A stretch of DNA of 32,000 nt, taken from positions 91,793 through 123,792 of the forward strand of contig CAVJRM010000001.1 in NCBI GenBank assembly GCA_963652165.1, in the 5' to 3' direction. Below, in pieces: positions 9,977-17,201 of this stretch. Position 1 is the first letter of the stretch; the number at the start of each line of letters is the position of its first letter. A model generated the notes under the pieces. The model was not told the origin of the DNA and searched no databases. It worked only from the letters and a program-made list of their open reading frames with translations. Source of the DNA: a bacterium. Its GTDB lineage: Bacteria > Bacillota > Clostridia > Oscillospirales > Acutalibacteraceae. Position numbers and translations under genes: made by a program.

Positions 9977-10906
9977 TTACAGCTTTTCTGCCACTCTTAA
10001 TCTTGCAGATCTGCTGCGTGCATTTTCCGATGTTTCTTTTTCATCGGGAGTTATGGGTTTGAAAACTTTTGCCCTCGGTGTTTTACCGCAAACACATACG
10101 GGGAAATTTTTGGGGCAGGTACATCCTTTTGCAAGAGGTGCAAGTGCCTGCTTAACGGCTCTATCTTCAAGAGAATGGAAACTTATTACGCATACTCTTC
10201 CACCGGGTTTTAAGCAGTCAAACATATCTTCAACTGCTTTTGTAAGCCCGTCAAGTTCGCCGTTTACATATATTCTGAGTGCCTGAAAAGTTCGCCTCGC
10301 AGGGTGACCTTCTCGCCTTGCGGCTGCAGGCATTGCATTTGAAATGATATCACTAAGCTCAAGAGTTGTTTCTATGGGCTTAACCTCTCTTGCTTTAACA
10401 ATTGCAGAAGAAATTGCCGGTGCAAATTTTTCTTCACCGTATTCATATATGATTCTTCTGAGTTCTTCTTTGGGAAGATTATTAACAGCGTCTGCTGCAC
10501 TCATTCCCTCAAGACTCATTCTCATATCAAGAGGCGCATCCTTATGAAAGGAAAATCCTCTCTCTGCATCATCAAGCTGATGAGAGCTGACGCCTAAATC
10601 GGCAAGAATGCCGTCAACTTTATCTATATTAAGGTTATTGAGTATTTCTTTTATATTGAAGAAATTGCCGTGGACAATGGTAACGCAGCCATAAGGAGTT
10701 AATCTTTCGGTAAGGACCTCTATGGCTTCAGGGTCTCTGTCAATTGCTATAAGTCTACCGGTTGTGAGCTTTGATGCAATTGCAGAGGAATGGCCTCCCC
10801 CGCCTGCGGTGCAATCAACATAAGTGCCATCCGAAGCTATGTTGATTGCATCTATTGTTTCATTGAACAAGACGGGAATATGATGAAAAGTTTTTGACGT
10901 ATCCAT
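9977..10906 (-). CDS. rsmH: 16S rRNA (cytosine1402-N4)-methyltransferase RsmH (MraW)
   Basis: It has HIPVL near the N-terminus, the SAM-binding DCTAGGGGHS motif and DLGVSSHQLD. It is 309 aa and follows mraZ. Confidence 0.95.
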   Translation of the reverse strand: MDTSKTFHHIPVLFNETIDAINIASDGTYVDCTAGGGGHSSAIASKLTTGRLIAIDRDPEAIEVLTERLTPYGCVTIVHGNFFNIKEILNNLNIDKVDGILADLGVSSHQLDDAERGFSFHKDAPLDMRMSLEGMSAADAVNNLPKEELRRIIYEYGEEKFAPAISSAIVKAREVKPIETTLELSDIISNAMPAAARREGHPARRTFQALRIYVNGELDGLTKAVEDMFDCLKPGGRVCVISFHSLEDRAVKQALAPLAKGCTCPKNFPVCVCGKTPRAKVFKPITPDEKETSENARSRSARLRVAEKL

Positions 10907-10909
10907 AAC

Positions 10910-11362
10910 TTAACGCCTTGGTGAAAGGCTGAACTTTGAAAGATCCGGAGTAATAGTCTGATTGAACTGTGAATCCCATCTTTCCTGATTCCAAAGCTCG
11001 ATTCTGTCAGGGTGAGCAATAATGAGTGCCTCATCAACAAGACCGGCAAACTCGATAAAATCGGGTTTTAAAGTGATACGGCCGGCTTTATCTATTACAG
11101 CCATATCTATATTGTTTGCAAAGAGCCTCTGAACGTAGGTAAGCTCAGCGCCACTGTAAACTTCTGCAAGACCGTTATATACATCAAGGTAATCTTGCTC
11201 AGAGTAAACGACTATACAGTCGTTGCTCTGGAAGTTTTTGAAAAGGTAAACCGTGTTGCCGTATCTTGAACGGAATCTTGTTGGAATTGTGATTCTGTTT
11301 ACCTGGTCGAACTTTCTAAGTTCTCTGCCACCTAAACAATCAGGTTGTGCTGCTGCCGGCAT
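10910..11362 (-). CDS. mraZ: Transcriptional regulator MraZ
   Basis: It has two SpoVT/AbrB-like repeats (DQVNRITIPTRFR and DKAGRITLKPDFIE). I moved the start to ATG 11362 (MPAAAQ...), preceded by GGGGGA. The track start at 11455 would run through the promoter. Confidence 0.88.
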   Translation of the reverse strand: MPAAAQPDCLGGRELRKFDQVNRITIPTRFRSRYGNTVYLFKNFQSNDCIVVYSEQDYLDVYNGLAEVYSGAELTYVQRLFANNIDMAVIDKAGRITLKPDFIEFAGLVDEALIIAHPDRIELWNQERWDSQFNQTITPDLSKFSLSPRR

Positions 11363-11446
11363 CGGTTTTCCCCCTTTCATATGGTTTAAGGTTGCAAATT
11401 TGTGGTTAAAGCTCCCATTTGCCCCCTTTTTTCTCCTTGTGGGTTG

Positions 11447-11475
11447 ATTATACACACAAATTTATCCAATTGCAA
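11447..11475 (-). promoter_or_regulatory. Candidate sigma-A promoter of the mraZ/dcw operon
   Basis: The minus strand shows TTGCAA (11475-11470), 17 nt, then TATAAT (11452-11447). This would give a leader of about 80 nt before the mraZ ATG. Confidence 0.5.
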
Positions 11476-11616
11476 GTATTTTTTTCACAAAAATAGAAAA
11501 AACCACATATTTTTTTCATAAAGGGTAATTTCATCAGTTTTCAAACATAATTTGAAGCCTTGAAAGTCAAGAAAAGAAAGAATTTTCACGATCAAAAAAC
11601 TTTTTTAAAATTTTTC

Positions 11617-11645
11617 TTGCAATCGTGAAAAAAATGTGATAATAT
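11617..11645 (+). promoter_or_regulatory. Candidate sigma-A promoter of rpsT (extended -10)
   Basis: TTGCAA (11617-11622), 17 nt, then TAATAT (11640-11645), with TG at 11637-11638 (TGnTAATAT). Confidence 0.55.
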
Positions 11646-11676
11646 ATCAACCTGTATGAAAGAAGGAGGTGTCCAC

Positions 11677-11928
11677 ATGCCCAATATTAAGTCAGCTAAG
11701 AAAAGAGTTATCGTTAACAAAACCAGAGCTGCAAGAAACAAATCTCGTAATACAGCTCTCAAAACAGCTATAAAGAAAGCTAATATCGCAGTTGCTGAAG
11801 GCGCTCCTGAAGCAGAAGCTCTCATTAAGGAAGCAACAAAAAAGATAGATCAGGCTGCTGCCAAAGGTCTTATTCATAAGAATAACGCTGCTCACAAAAA
11901 GGCAGCTCTTGCTAAGCTTGCAAAATAA
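11677..11928 (+). CDS. rpsT: 30S ribosomal protein S20
   Basis: The sequence MPNIKSAKKRVIVNKTRAARNKSRNTALKTAIKK... is a classic S20. The start is ATG 11677, with GGAGG at 11665-11669. Confidence 0.95.
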   Translation: MPNIKSAKKRVIVNKTRAARNKSRNTALKTAIKKANIAVAEGAPEAEALIKEATKKIDQAAAKGLIHKNNAAHKKAALAKLAK

Positions 11929-11949
11929 TGCAACTCAAAGCAAATGCAT

Positions 11950-11984
11950 CAGCCGTGGTTGTAAACAATTTATGACCGCGGCTG
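11950..11984 (+). terminator. Weak terminator-like hairpin after rpsT
   Basis: CAGCCGTGG...CCGCGGCTG forms a stem with one mismatch, followed by TTAAATGTT. The U-tract is poor. Confidence 0.35.
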
Positions 11985-11991
11985 TTAAATG

Positions 11992-12020
11992 TTGACAATC
12001 CCCTGTTGGTTTGATATAAT
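11992..12020 (+). promoter_or_regulatory. Exact-consensus sigma-A promoter
   Basis: TTGACA (11992-11997), exactly 17 nt, then TATAAT (12015-12020). Both hexamers match consensus perfectly at the optimal spacing. Confidence 0.65.
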
Positions 12021-12068
12021 ACAGCCGAAGTGGATTTATTCCATAATAAAAATAATCGGAGGAAAGAT

Positions 12069-12242
12069 ATGAAAACTTTCAAGAAGATTGCAAAATTCGT
12101 AGCTATAATCGTTGCCATTGCAGCAGCAGTTGCAGGCGTTGTTTATGCAGTAAAAAAGATCAAGGCCAAAAAGTGTGCTGACGCAGACAGTGAAGAGAAT
12201 TATGTTTCTTGCTCATGCTGTGAAAGACCTGAAAATCTTTAA
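12069..12242 (+). CDS. Small (57 aa) single-pass membrane protein with an acidic, Cys-rich C-terminal tail; function unknown
   Basis: The start is ATG 12069, with GGAGG at 12058-12062. The sequence is MKTFKKIAKFVAIIVAIAAAVAGVVYAVKKIKAKKCADADSEENYVSCSCCERPENL. It lies downstream of the consensus promoter and 31 nt upstream of the ACP gene. Confidence 0.6.
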   Translation: MKTFKKIAKFVAIIVAIAAAVAGVVYAVKKIKAKKCADADSEENYVSCSCCERPENL

Positions 12243-12273
12243 TAATTAGGCCTTAAATAATTTGGAGGAAACT

Positions 12274-12504
12274 ATGGTACTCGAAAAAATTATTGACATT
12301 ATCAGCGAACAGCTTGAAATTGACAAATCCGTTATCAAAGAAAATTCAGCTTTTACAGACGACCTTGGCGCAGGCAGCCTTGATATGATTGACCTTGCCA
12401 TGTCAATAGAAGATGAATTCGGCATTGAGCTTCCCGATGACGATCTTGATAAGATCAAGACTGTCGGTGAGCTTGCAAAGTTCATTGAAACTACTATTGA
12501 ATAA
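12274..12504 (+). CDS. acpP: Acyl carrier protein (76 aa) with a GSLD rather than DSLD phosphopantetheine site
   Basis: The sequence is MVLEKIIDIISEQLEIDKSVIKENSAFTDDLGAGSLDMIDLAMSIEDEFGIELPDDDLDKIKTVGE... The ACP fold pattern has the attachment Ser at codon 12376-12378. GGAGG lies 5 nt before ATG 12274. Confidence 0.88.
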   Translation: MVLEKIIDIISEQLEIDKSVIKENSAFTDDLGAGSLDMIDLAMSIEDEFGIELPDDDLDKIKTVGELAKFIETTIE

Positions 12505-12517
12505 TAAAATTCAAAAT

Positions 12518-12553
12518 GGCTGTTGCAAAATAATGCAGCAGCCTTAATTTTTT
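12518..12553 (+). terminator. Rho-independent terminator after the ACP gene
   Basis: GGCTGTTGCA-aaataa-TGCAGCAGCC (one T:G wobble pair) is followed by TTAATTTTTTG. Confidence 0.7.
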
Positions 12554-12580
12554 GACAAATCATATTTCGTGTGATATAAA
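12552..12580 (+). promoter_or_regulatory. Candidate promoter of nagA (extended -10)
   Basis: TTGACA (12552-12557), 17 nt, then TATAAA (12575-12580), with TG at 12572-12573. One caveat: the predicted transcription start would leave only about a 10-nt leader. Confidence 0.4.
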
Positions 12581-12596
12581 GAATCGGGAAGTGATT

Positions 12597-13712
12597 ATGA
12601 TGATATTAAAAAATGCATCAGTTTGTAATGACAATTTTGAATTTATTAACACAGACATTACAATTGTAGACGGAAAAATCAAATCCTTAGAAAAAAATGA
12701 AGAAAGCGGAATCGACTGCACAGGTTGTGTCATTCTGCCGGGATTTATTGATATTCATATTCATGGCTGCAATATGGCCGACTGCACAGACGGAAAGCCG
12801 GACAGTGCAGCAAAAATGGGCCGGTTTCTTGCAGAGCACGGAATTACTTCTTTTTGCCCCACAACCATGACTTTGCCTGTTAGAGATTTGGAAAAGTCTT
12901 TTTCTTACATCAAAGAAACGATGGAAAAAGAAGAGGGAGCATATATCCACGGAATAAATATGGAGGGTCCGTTTATTTCTCCTAAGAGAAAGGGTGCTCA
13001 AGCAGAAGAAAACATAAAAGAACCGGATTTTGAATTATTTTCAAATCTCAATAAAATATGCAACGTAAAGATTGTTGATATAGCACCGGAAGTTAACGGA
13101 GCTGATGAATTCATAGAGAAAGCAAAAAATATTTGCAGAGTTTCCGCTGCACATACAGAAGCGGATTATACAACAATCAAAAAAGCAGAAAGCTTAGGAT
13201 TAAAGCACGCAACTCACCTTTTTAACGCGATGACTCAACTTGGTTCAAGAGAGCCGGGAGCGGTCGGTGCAGTTTTTGACAGTGATAAAATTACAGCCGA
13301 ACTTATTTGTGACGGCATCCACATCTCCCCTGCGACCTTGCGAATTGCATTCAAAATTTTAGGAGAAGACAGAACGGTTATAATCAGTGATGCAATGATG
13401 GCGGCCGGACTCGAAGACGGCGAATACGCCTTAGGTGGACAAAGAGTTATAAAAAAAGGTGCCGCAAGGCTTGCAGACGGAACTCTTGCAGGAAGCGTTA
13501 CAAACCTTTTTGACGAATTTAAGAATGTGATCTCTTGGGGAATTCCTCTGAAACAAGCAATAAAATCCGTTACAATAAACCCGGCAAAATGCATAGGAGC
13601 TGATAAATATACAGGTTCCATTAAAGAAGGTAAAAATGCGGATTTGATTATTTTGAAAAATGATTTTTCAGAGCTTTATAATGTTATTATAAAGGGAAAT
13701 GTATATAAATGA
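12597..13712 (+). CDS. nagA: N-acetylglucosamine-6-phosphate deacetylase NagA
   Basis: Amidohydrolase motifs are present: GFIDIHIHG, NMEGPFISP, AAHTEA, HLFNAM, DGIHISP. I moved the start to ATG 12597 (MMILKNASV) because the track start at 12552 lies inside the terminator and promoter. Confidence 0.9.
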   Translation: MMILKNASVCNDNFEFINTDITIVDGKIKSLEKNEESGIDCTGCVILPGFIDIHIHGCNMADCTDGKPDSAAKMGRFLAEHGITSFCPTTMTLPVRDLEKSFSYIKETMEKEEGAYIHGINMEGPFISPKRKGAQAEENIKEPDFELFSNLNKICNVKIVDIAPEVNGADEFIEKAKNICRVSAAHTEADYTTIKKAESLGLKHATHLFNAMTQLGSREPGAVGAVFDSDKITAELICDGIHISPATLRIAFKILGEDRTVIISDAMMAAGLEDGEYALGGQRVIKKGAARLADGTLAGSVTNLFDEFKNVISWGIPLKQAIKSVTINPAKCIGADKYTGSIKEGKNADLIILKNDFSELYNVIIKGNVYK

Positions 13713-13724
13713 AATAAATCTTGC

Positions 13725-13755
13725 AAAAGCAGTCTTTTTTAAGACTGCTTTTTTG
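13725..13755 (+). terminator. Rho-independent terminator after nagA (A-tract upstream, so potentially bidirectional)
   Basis: AAAAGCAGTCTT-tttt-AAGACTGCTTTT followed by TTG. This is a perfect 8-12 bp stem. Confidence 0.75.
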
Positions 13756-13784
13756 TAATTCAAAGTGCATTATTCATTCATTTT

Positions 13785-13821
13785 CACCTGTAAAGTTGTA
13801 TCACTTCACAGGTGCTTTTTG
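13785..13821 (+). terminator. Second, tandem terminator-like hairpin
   Basis: CACCTGTAAAGT-tgtatc-ACTTCACAGGTG (12 bp, one mismatch) is followed by CTTTTTG, 30 nt after the first terminator. Confidence 0.6.
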
Positions 13822-14111
13822 TAAAGTTATGCGCCTTGCAAATGTGAATAACTCAGTGAAAAATGTGAAAATGTCCTGTTTCATTATTCTTATTTAGCAC
13901 TATAACGGTAAAGTTTTTCACTTTACTGCAAATTATGTTCTATTTATGAACAATTTTATTCAGTATAAATGAATTTTTAACTGCATAATTTTTGCAGGAT
14001 TTTATATTTCAAATTGCATTTTTCTAGTGATTTTGCAGCTAAAATCCAAGCAAAGCAATCACATATATTTTGAGCTTTTTTGGTATTATACCGACGCATT
14101 TCGTTCTAACC

Positions 14112-14144
14112 CAAAAACACCCCGTTCAAATGAATGAACGGGGC
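14112..14144 (-). terminator. Rho-independent terminator of the rpsF-ssb-rpsR operon
   Basis: The minus strand reads GCCCCGTTC-attcattt-GAACGGGGT followed by GTTTTTGG. Confidence 0.75.
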
Positions 14145-14163
14145 TTAAATATTGATTTAATTA

Positions 14164-14409
14164 TTATTCGCTGATATAAGGCATAAGAGCTACTTGACGT
14201 GCACGCTTAATAGCAACGGTAAGCTCACGCTGATGTTTAGCGCAAGTTCCGGTTACACGGCGGGGAAGAATCTTTGCTCTTTCGGATGTAAATCTGCTAA
14301 GCTTGTTAACATCCTTATAGTCGATATAATCAACCTTATCAACACAGAAAGCACAAACCTTTCTGCGACCTTTTCTGTTAGGTCTTCTTTCGCCTTTCTC
14401 GTAAGCCAT
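14164..14409 (-). CDS. rpsR: 30S ribosomal protein S18
   Basis: The ...[56 protein letters not shown]... sequence is canonical S18. Confidence 0.97.
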   Translation of the reverse strand: MAYEKGERRPNRKGRRKVCAFCVDKVDYIDYKDVNKLSRFTSERAKILPRRVTGTCAKHQRELTVAIKRARQVALMPYISE

Positions 14410-14441
14410 GGATTAAACCTCCTTTATAGGTTCATAAATTC

Positions 14442-14882
14442 TCAGAAGGGTAAATCGTCCTCTTCCGGAATCTCTTTAAAATCGCCTTCATCTGCAGTTG
14501 TAAATGCAGCTTGAGGCTGGTAGGCAGGGGCACTGTCATTTCTGTATGATGTGCCGGATTCGCTCTTTGAGCCACAGAAACTGATATTATTTGCCACTAT
14601 TTCGGTAGCCTTTCTCTTGTTGCCATTCTTATCCTCAAAATTTCTGGTCTGAATGGAACCGTCAATAGCTATCATAGAGCCCTTGTGGAAATATTTGCAA
14701 ATAAATTCTGCATTATTTCTCCACGCAACAACATCAATAAAATCTGCTTGACGCTCTTCACCGCTTCTGACAAATGATCTGTCAACAGCTACCGTAAAAG
14801 AACAAACCTGTACGCCGGTGCCTGTAGTACGAAGCTCGGGGTCGGCAGTAAGCCTGCCGTTAATTGCAACAATATTTAACAT
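14442..14882 (-). CDS. ssb: Single-stranded DNA-binding protein SSB
   Basis: MLNIVAINGRLTADPELR begins the OB fold. A Gly/Ala/Gln-rich linker and the acidic C-terminal tip EEDDLPF follow. Confidence 0.95.
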   Translation of the reverse strand: MLNIVAINGRLTADPELRTTGTGVQVCSFTVAVDRSFVRSGEERQADFIDVVAWRNNAEFICKYFHKGSMIAIDGSIQTRNFEDKNGNKRKATEIVANNISFCGSKSESGTSYRNDSAPAYQPQAAFTTADEGDFKEIPEEDDLPF

Positions 14883-14894
14883 TGTGCATCCTCC

Positions 14895-15188
14895 TTAGTC
14901 GTTCTTGTTAAGGATAAGTGAACGAAGTACGCCATCTGTGATCTTGAAAACACGATCAAGTTCTGCAGGGAACTCAACGGGAGCTGTGTAATTATAAATT
15001 ACATAGTATCCATCGGGCTCATCATTGATAGCATAAGCAAGCTTGCGCTTACCCCACTCATCAATGCTCTCCAGAGTGCCGTTAGCTTCAATCATTTCCT
15101 TGAACTTCTGAACAAGGGGCTGTACGCTCTCATCACCATTGGCTACTGAGAAAACAACCATTGTTTCATACTTGTTTGTTGCTGACAT
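14895..15188 (-). CDS. rpsF: 30S ribosomal protein S6
   Basis: It is 97 aa, begins NKYETMVVFS..., contains WGKRKLAYAIN, and is the first gene of the conserved rpsF-ssb-rpsR operon. Confidence 0.95.
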   Translation of the reverse strand: MSATNKYETMVVFSVANGDESVQPLVQKFKEMIEANGTLESIDEWGKRKLAYAINDEPDGYYVIYNYTAPVEFPAELDRVFKITDGVLRSLILNKND

Positions 15189-15277
15189 CCTTAAGCACCT
15201 CCTTCCGGTCTATGGCCACAGTGTAGCTGTGGCAAGGATATAAAGTTTATTTAATCCTGCTGTGGTATCCACAGCGA
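15189..15277 (-). promoter_or_regulatory. Structured 5' leader of rpsF; candidate S6:S18 autoregulatory leader
   Basis: The predicted leader RNA is UCGCUGUGGAUACCACAGCAGGAUUAAAUAAACUUUAUAUCCUUGCCACAGCUACACUGUGGCCAUAGACCGGAAGGAGGUG... Two perfect 7-bp hairpins (15259-15275 and 15215-15233) flank an AGGAU/AUCCU helix just upstream of the SD. Confidence 0.45.
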
Positions 15278-15283
15278 TTTTGT

Positions 15284-15312
15284 ATTTTAACAGAAATATA
15301 AATAAAAGTCAA
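15284..15312 (-). promoter_or_regulatory. Candidate sigma-A promoter of the rpsF operon
   Basis: The minus strand shows TTGACT (15312-15307), 17 nt, then TAAAAT (15289-15284). Confidence 0.55.
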
Positions 15313-15319
15313 GAATAAA

Positions 15320-16963
15320 TTAGTGCCTATCACGAACGATCTTGAGAGTTGTGGTCTTGGGGAATTCTGTATCGCGGATTTTTCTCTTTTGAACTCTCTT
15401 GAAAGCGGGAAGCTTATCATTGATTTTTGCAACATCTTCTTTGAGCCTGTCACGGCAGCCGGGATATTCTTCTTCGTTAAGATAAAACTCTGCTGTAATT
15501 TTATCGTTCTCTTGGTAAACGAGAACTTCTTTAACGTAATCTATGCAAATAAGTTTATCTTCTATTTCTTCGGGAGAAACATTCTTGCCGTTTGAAAGAA
15601 CAATAAGATTTTTAACTCTGCCAACAAAGAAAAGGAAACCGTCTTCATCAATATAACCATGGTCGCCGGTCTTAAGCCATTCGCCGTCAAATACTGCGGC
15701 TGTTGCCTCAGGGTCGTTATAGTAGCCCTTCATAACATTTGAGCCCTTAACATAAATTTCGCCAACGCCAAACTCATCGGGATCATGAATTTTAATCTCA
15801 TTACAAGCAATTGGAAGACCAACTGAACCGATTTTATAATTATCTCTGCGATTAACGGTAATTGCAGGTGAGCACTCGGTCATGCCATAACCGTTAATGA
15901 TTTGAATGCCGAAATCGTTCATTCCGTTTTCGTATTTAGGATCAAGATTTGCTCCGCCTACGATAATAAATTCAAGCTCTCCTCCGAGATTGTCAATAAT
16001 TGTCTTGAATAATTTTCTTCTGACATCTATACCGACTTTTTGAAGGGATTTGCTGATTTTAAGGCCTTTTTTAAGAGTTTCTTCACGGCCTGTGGCCTTT
16101 GCGGTTCTCCAAATACGGTCATAAATTGTTGTAACAACGAGGGGCACTGCAGAGAAATTCTGGGGATGATAAGTTTTCATATCATGCTGAATATCTTTAA
16201 GGCTATCACAAATATGGCCATACTCTGCAAGAAGGTAACCTGAGAAAAGCGCACCAACCCAGCAGAATGTGTGGTTAAGGGGAAGGAAGCCGATTGCGTG
16301 CTTACCGGAATTTGTTTGACAGGATGCAACAACATCACTTGTGATATTGTAGTGAGTAAGCATAACGCCCTTGCTTAAACCGGTTGTGCCGGAAGTGTAA
16401 ACAATTGCTGCAAGGTCATCGGGTTCAACAACAGCATCAATACATCTTGTATCTCCGGCTTTAATAGCTTTGCGGCCTTCATCCTTGTATGAAGGAAAGT
16501 CAGAAACGCAAAAATATTCTTTGATAGTGGTATTTTCGGATGCTTTTGCCGCTTCAGCAACATGAGCCGTTTTGTTAGTATAGATAAGGGCATCGCATTC
16601 ACATCTGTCTAACTGGCTAACTAACTCATCATCACTGAGTTTAATATCCATGGGAACGGAAATATTACCGCCGAGAAGGGTTGCGTAATAACCGATAACC
16701 CATTCATAAGAGTTTTCTGCGATAATGGCAATTTTCTTTTTACCGTCAATTCCCTTAAGATAGAAATATGTACCTAATGCAGTCATTTCATCCCAAGACT
16801 GATTAAAAGTCCTTTGATCAGGATTTTTGTTTGCATCAAGAAAGGTAAAATGGAGGGAATCTCCACCTTTTTTAGTGCCGTAAATGATTATTTCTTTGAG
16901 AGTCTTAATATTGTTGATTTCTTTTATCAGTTGCGGGTCTATTTCGTACTTTGATTTTTTCAA
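15320..16963 (-). CDS. AMP-dependent long-chain fatty acid--CoA ligase (FadD-like adenylate-forming enzyme)
   Basis: It has the AMP-binding signature YTSGTTGLSKGV, the GYGMTE motif and TGDHGYIDEDGFLFFVGR. It is 547 aa, with an apparent TTG start at 16963. Confidence 0.85.
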   Translation of the reverse strand: MKKSKYEIDPQLIKEINNIKTLKEIIIYGTKKGGDSLHFTFLDANKNPDQRTFNQSWDEMTALGTYFYLKGIDGKKKIAIIAENSYEWVIGYYATLLGGNISVPMDIKLSDDELVSQLDRCECDALIYTNKTAHVAEAAKASENTTIKEYFCVSDFPSYKDEGRKAIKAGDTRCIDAVVEPDDLAAIVYTSGTTGLSKGVMLTHYNITSDVVASCQTNSGKHAIGFLPLNHTFCWVGALFSGYLLAEYGHICDSLKDIQHDMKTYHPQNFSAVPLVVTTIYDRIWRTAKATGREETLKKGLKISKSLQKVGIDVRRKLFKTIIDNLGGELEFIIVGGANLDPKYENGMNDFGIQIINGYGMTECSPAITVNRRDNYKIGSVGLPIACNEIKIHDPDEFGVGEIYVKGSNVMKGYYNDPEATAAVFDGEWLKTGDHGYIDEDGFLFFVGRVKNLIVLSNGKNVSPEEIEDKLICIDYVKEVLVYQENDKITAEFYLNEEEYPGCRDRLKEDVAKINDKLPAFKRVQKRKIRDTEFPKTTTLKIVRDRH

Positions 16964-17131
16964 AAGTATTCATCCCTTTCACTTATTTTTCTAATTTCAT
17001 CACAAACGCGTATACTTTAACATTTTACAAATCAAATTTCAATAGACATATTTAATAATTTGATGGATAGATTTAAGCTTATTTTCGTTAGTTTATAAGG
17101 CTTAAATCAACATTTTGTAGTCTTTCGGTAT

Positions 17132-17160
17132 TTGACAATATAATGAAAATATGATAAAAT
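17132..17160 (+). promoter_or_regulatory. Candidate sigma-A promoter of uvrC
   Basis: TTGACA (17132-17137), 17 nt, then TAAAAT (17155-17160). Confidence 0.5.
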
Positions 17161-17201
17161 AATATTTTAGATTTGGAGTATGCACATAAGGTGGTGATAA
17201 T

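Noticed and set aside
11363-11455. The track gives mraZ a 31-codon N-terminal extension, starting at 11455.
   Set aside because: The extension would begin inside the TATAAT -10 element and has no SD. ATG 11362 has a GGGGGA SD and gives a normal 150-aa MraZ. A 10-codon uORF (ATGGGAGCTTTAACC...) in the leader has awkward SD spacing, so I did not call it.
11592-12563. Minus-strand ORFs at 11592-11825, 11692-11895, 11912-12118 and 12246-12563 lie opposite rpsT, the sORF and the ACP gene.
   Set aside because: They are antisense to strongly supported genes, promoters and terminators. Their sequences are hydrophobic or low-complexity and they lack SDs.
12552-12596. The track start of nagA at TTG 12552 would add MTNHISCDIKNREVI.
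   Set aside because: That TTG is the -35 TTGACA of the candidate promoter and overlaps the T-tract of the ACP terminator. ATG 12597/12600 gives an N-terminus typical of NagA.
13977-14099. A 40-codon minus-strand ORF (MRRYNTKKAQNICDCFAWILAAKSLEKCNLKYKILQKLCS) lies in the AT-rich spacer.
   Set aside because: It has no SD upstream of the ATG, and it starts immediately after the rpsR terminator. The only promoter-like TATAAT on that strand lies inside the ORF. An open frame of this length is expected by chance in sequence of this composition.
14121-14143. A GTTC...GAAC inverted repeat was considered as a LexA (Cheo-type) box because ssb, uvrC and ruv genes are in the window.
   Set aside because: Its orientation and spacing (GTTC-N8-GAAC) are wrong for GAAC-N4-GTTC. 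It is simply the stem of the rpsR terminator. I saw no Cheo-like box upstream of uvrC or the der-ruv string.
15266-15274. A DnaA-box-like sequence, TATCCACAG (8 of 9 to TTATCCACA), lies near rpsF-ssb. This raised the possibility of an origin-proximal element.
   Set aside because: It is a single copy that forms one arm of the leader hairpin. There is no cluster of boxes, no adjacent AT-rich unwinding element with 13-mers, and no dnaA or dnaN nearby.
15247-15453. A 68-aa minus-strand ORF overlaps the end of the acyl-CoA ligase gene and the rpsF promoter and leader.
   Set aside because: It overlaps a well-supported CDS out of frame and runs through promoter and hairpin elements. It has no SD, so I treat it as spurious.
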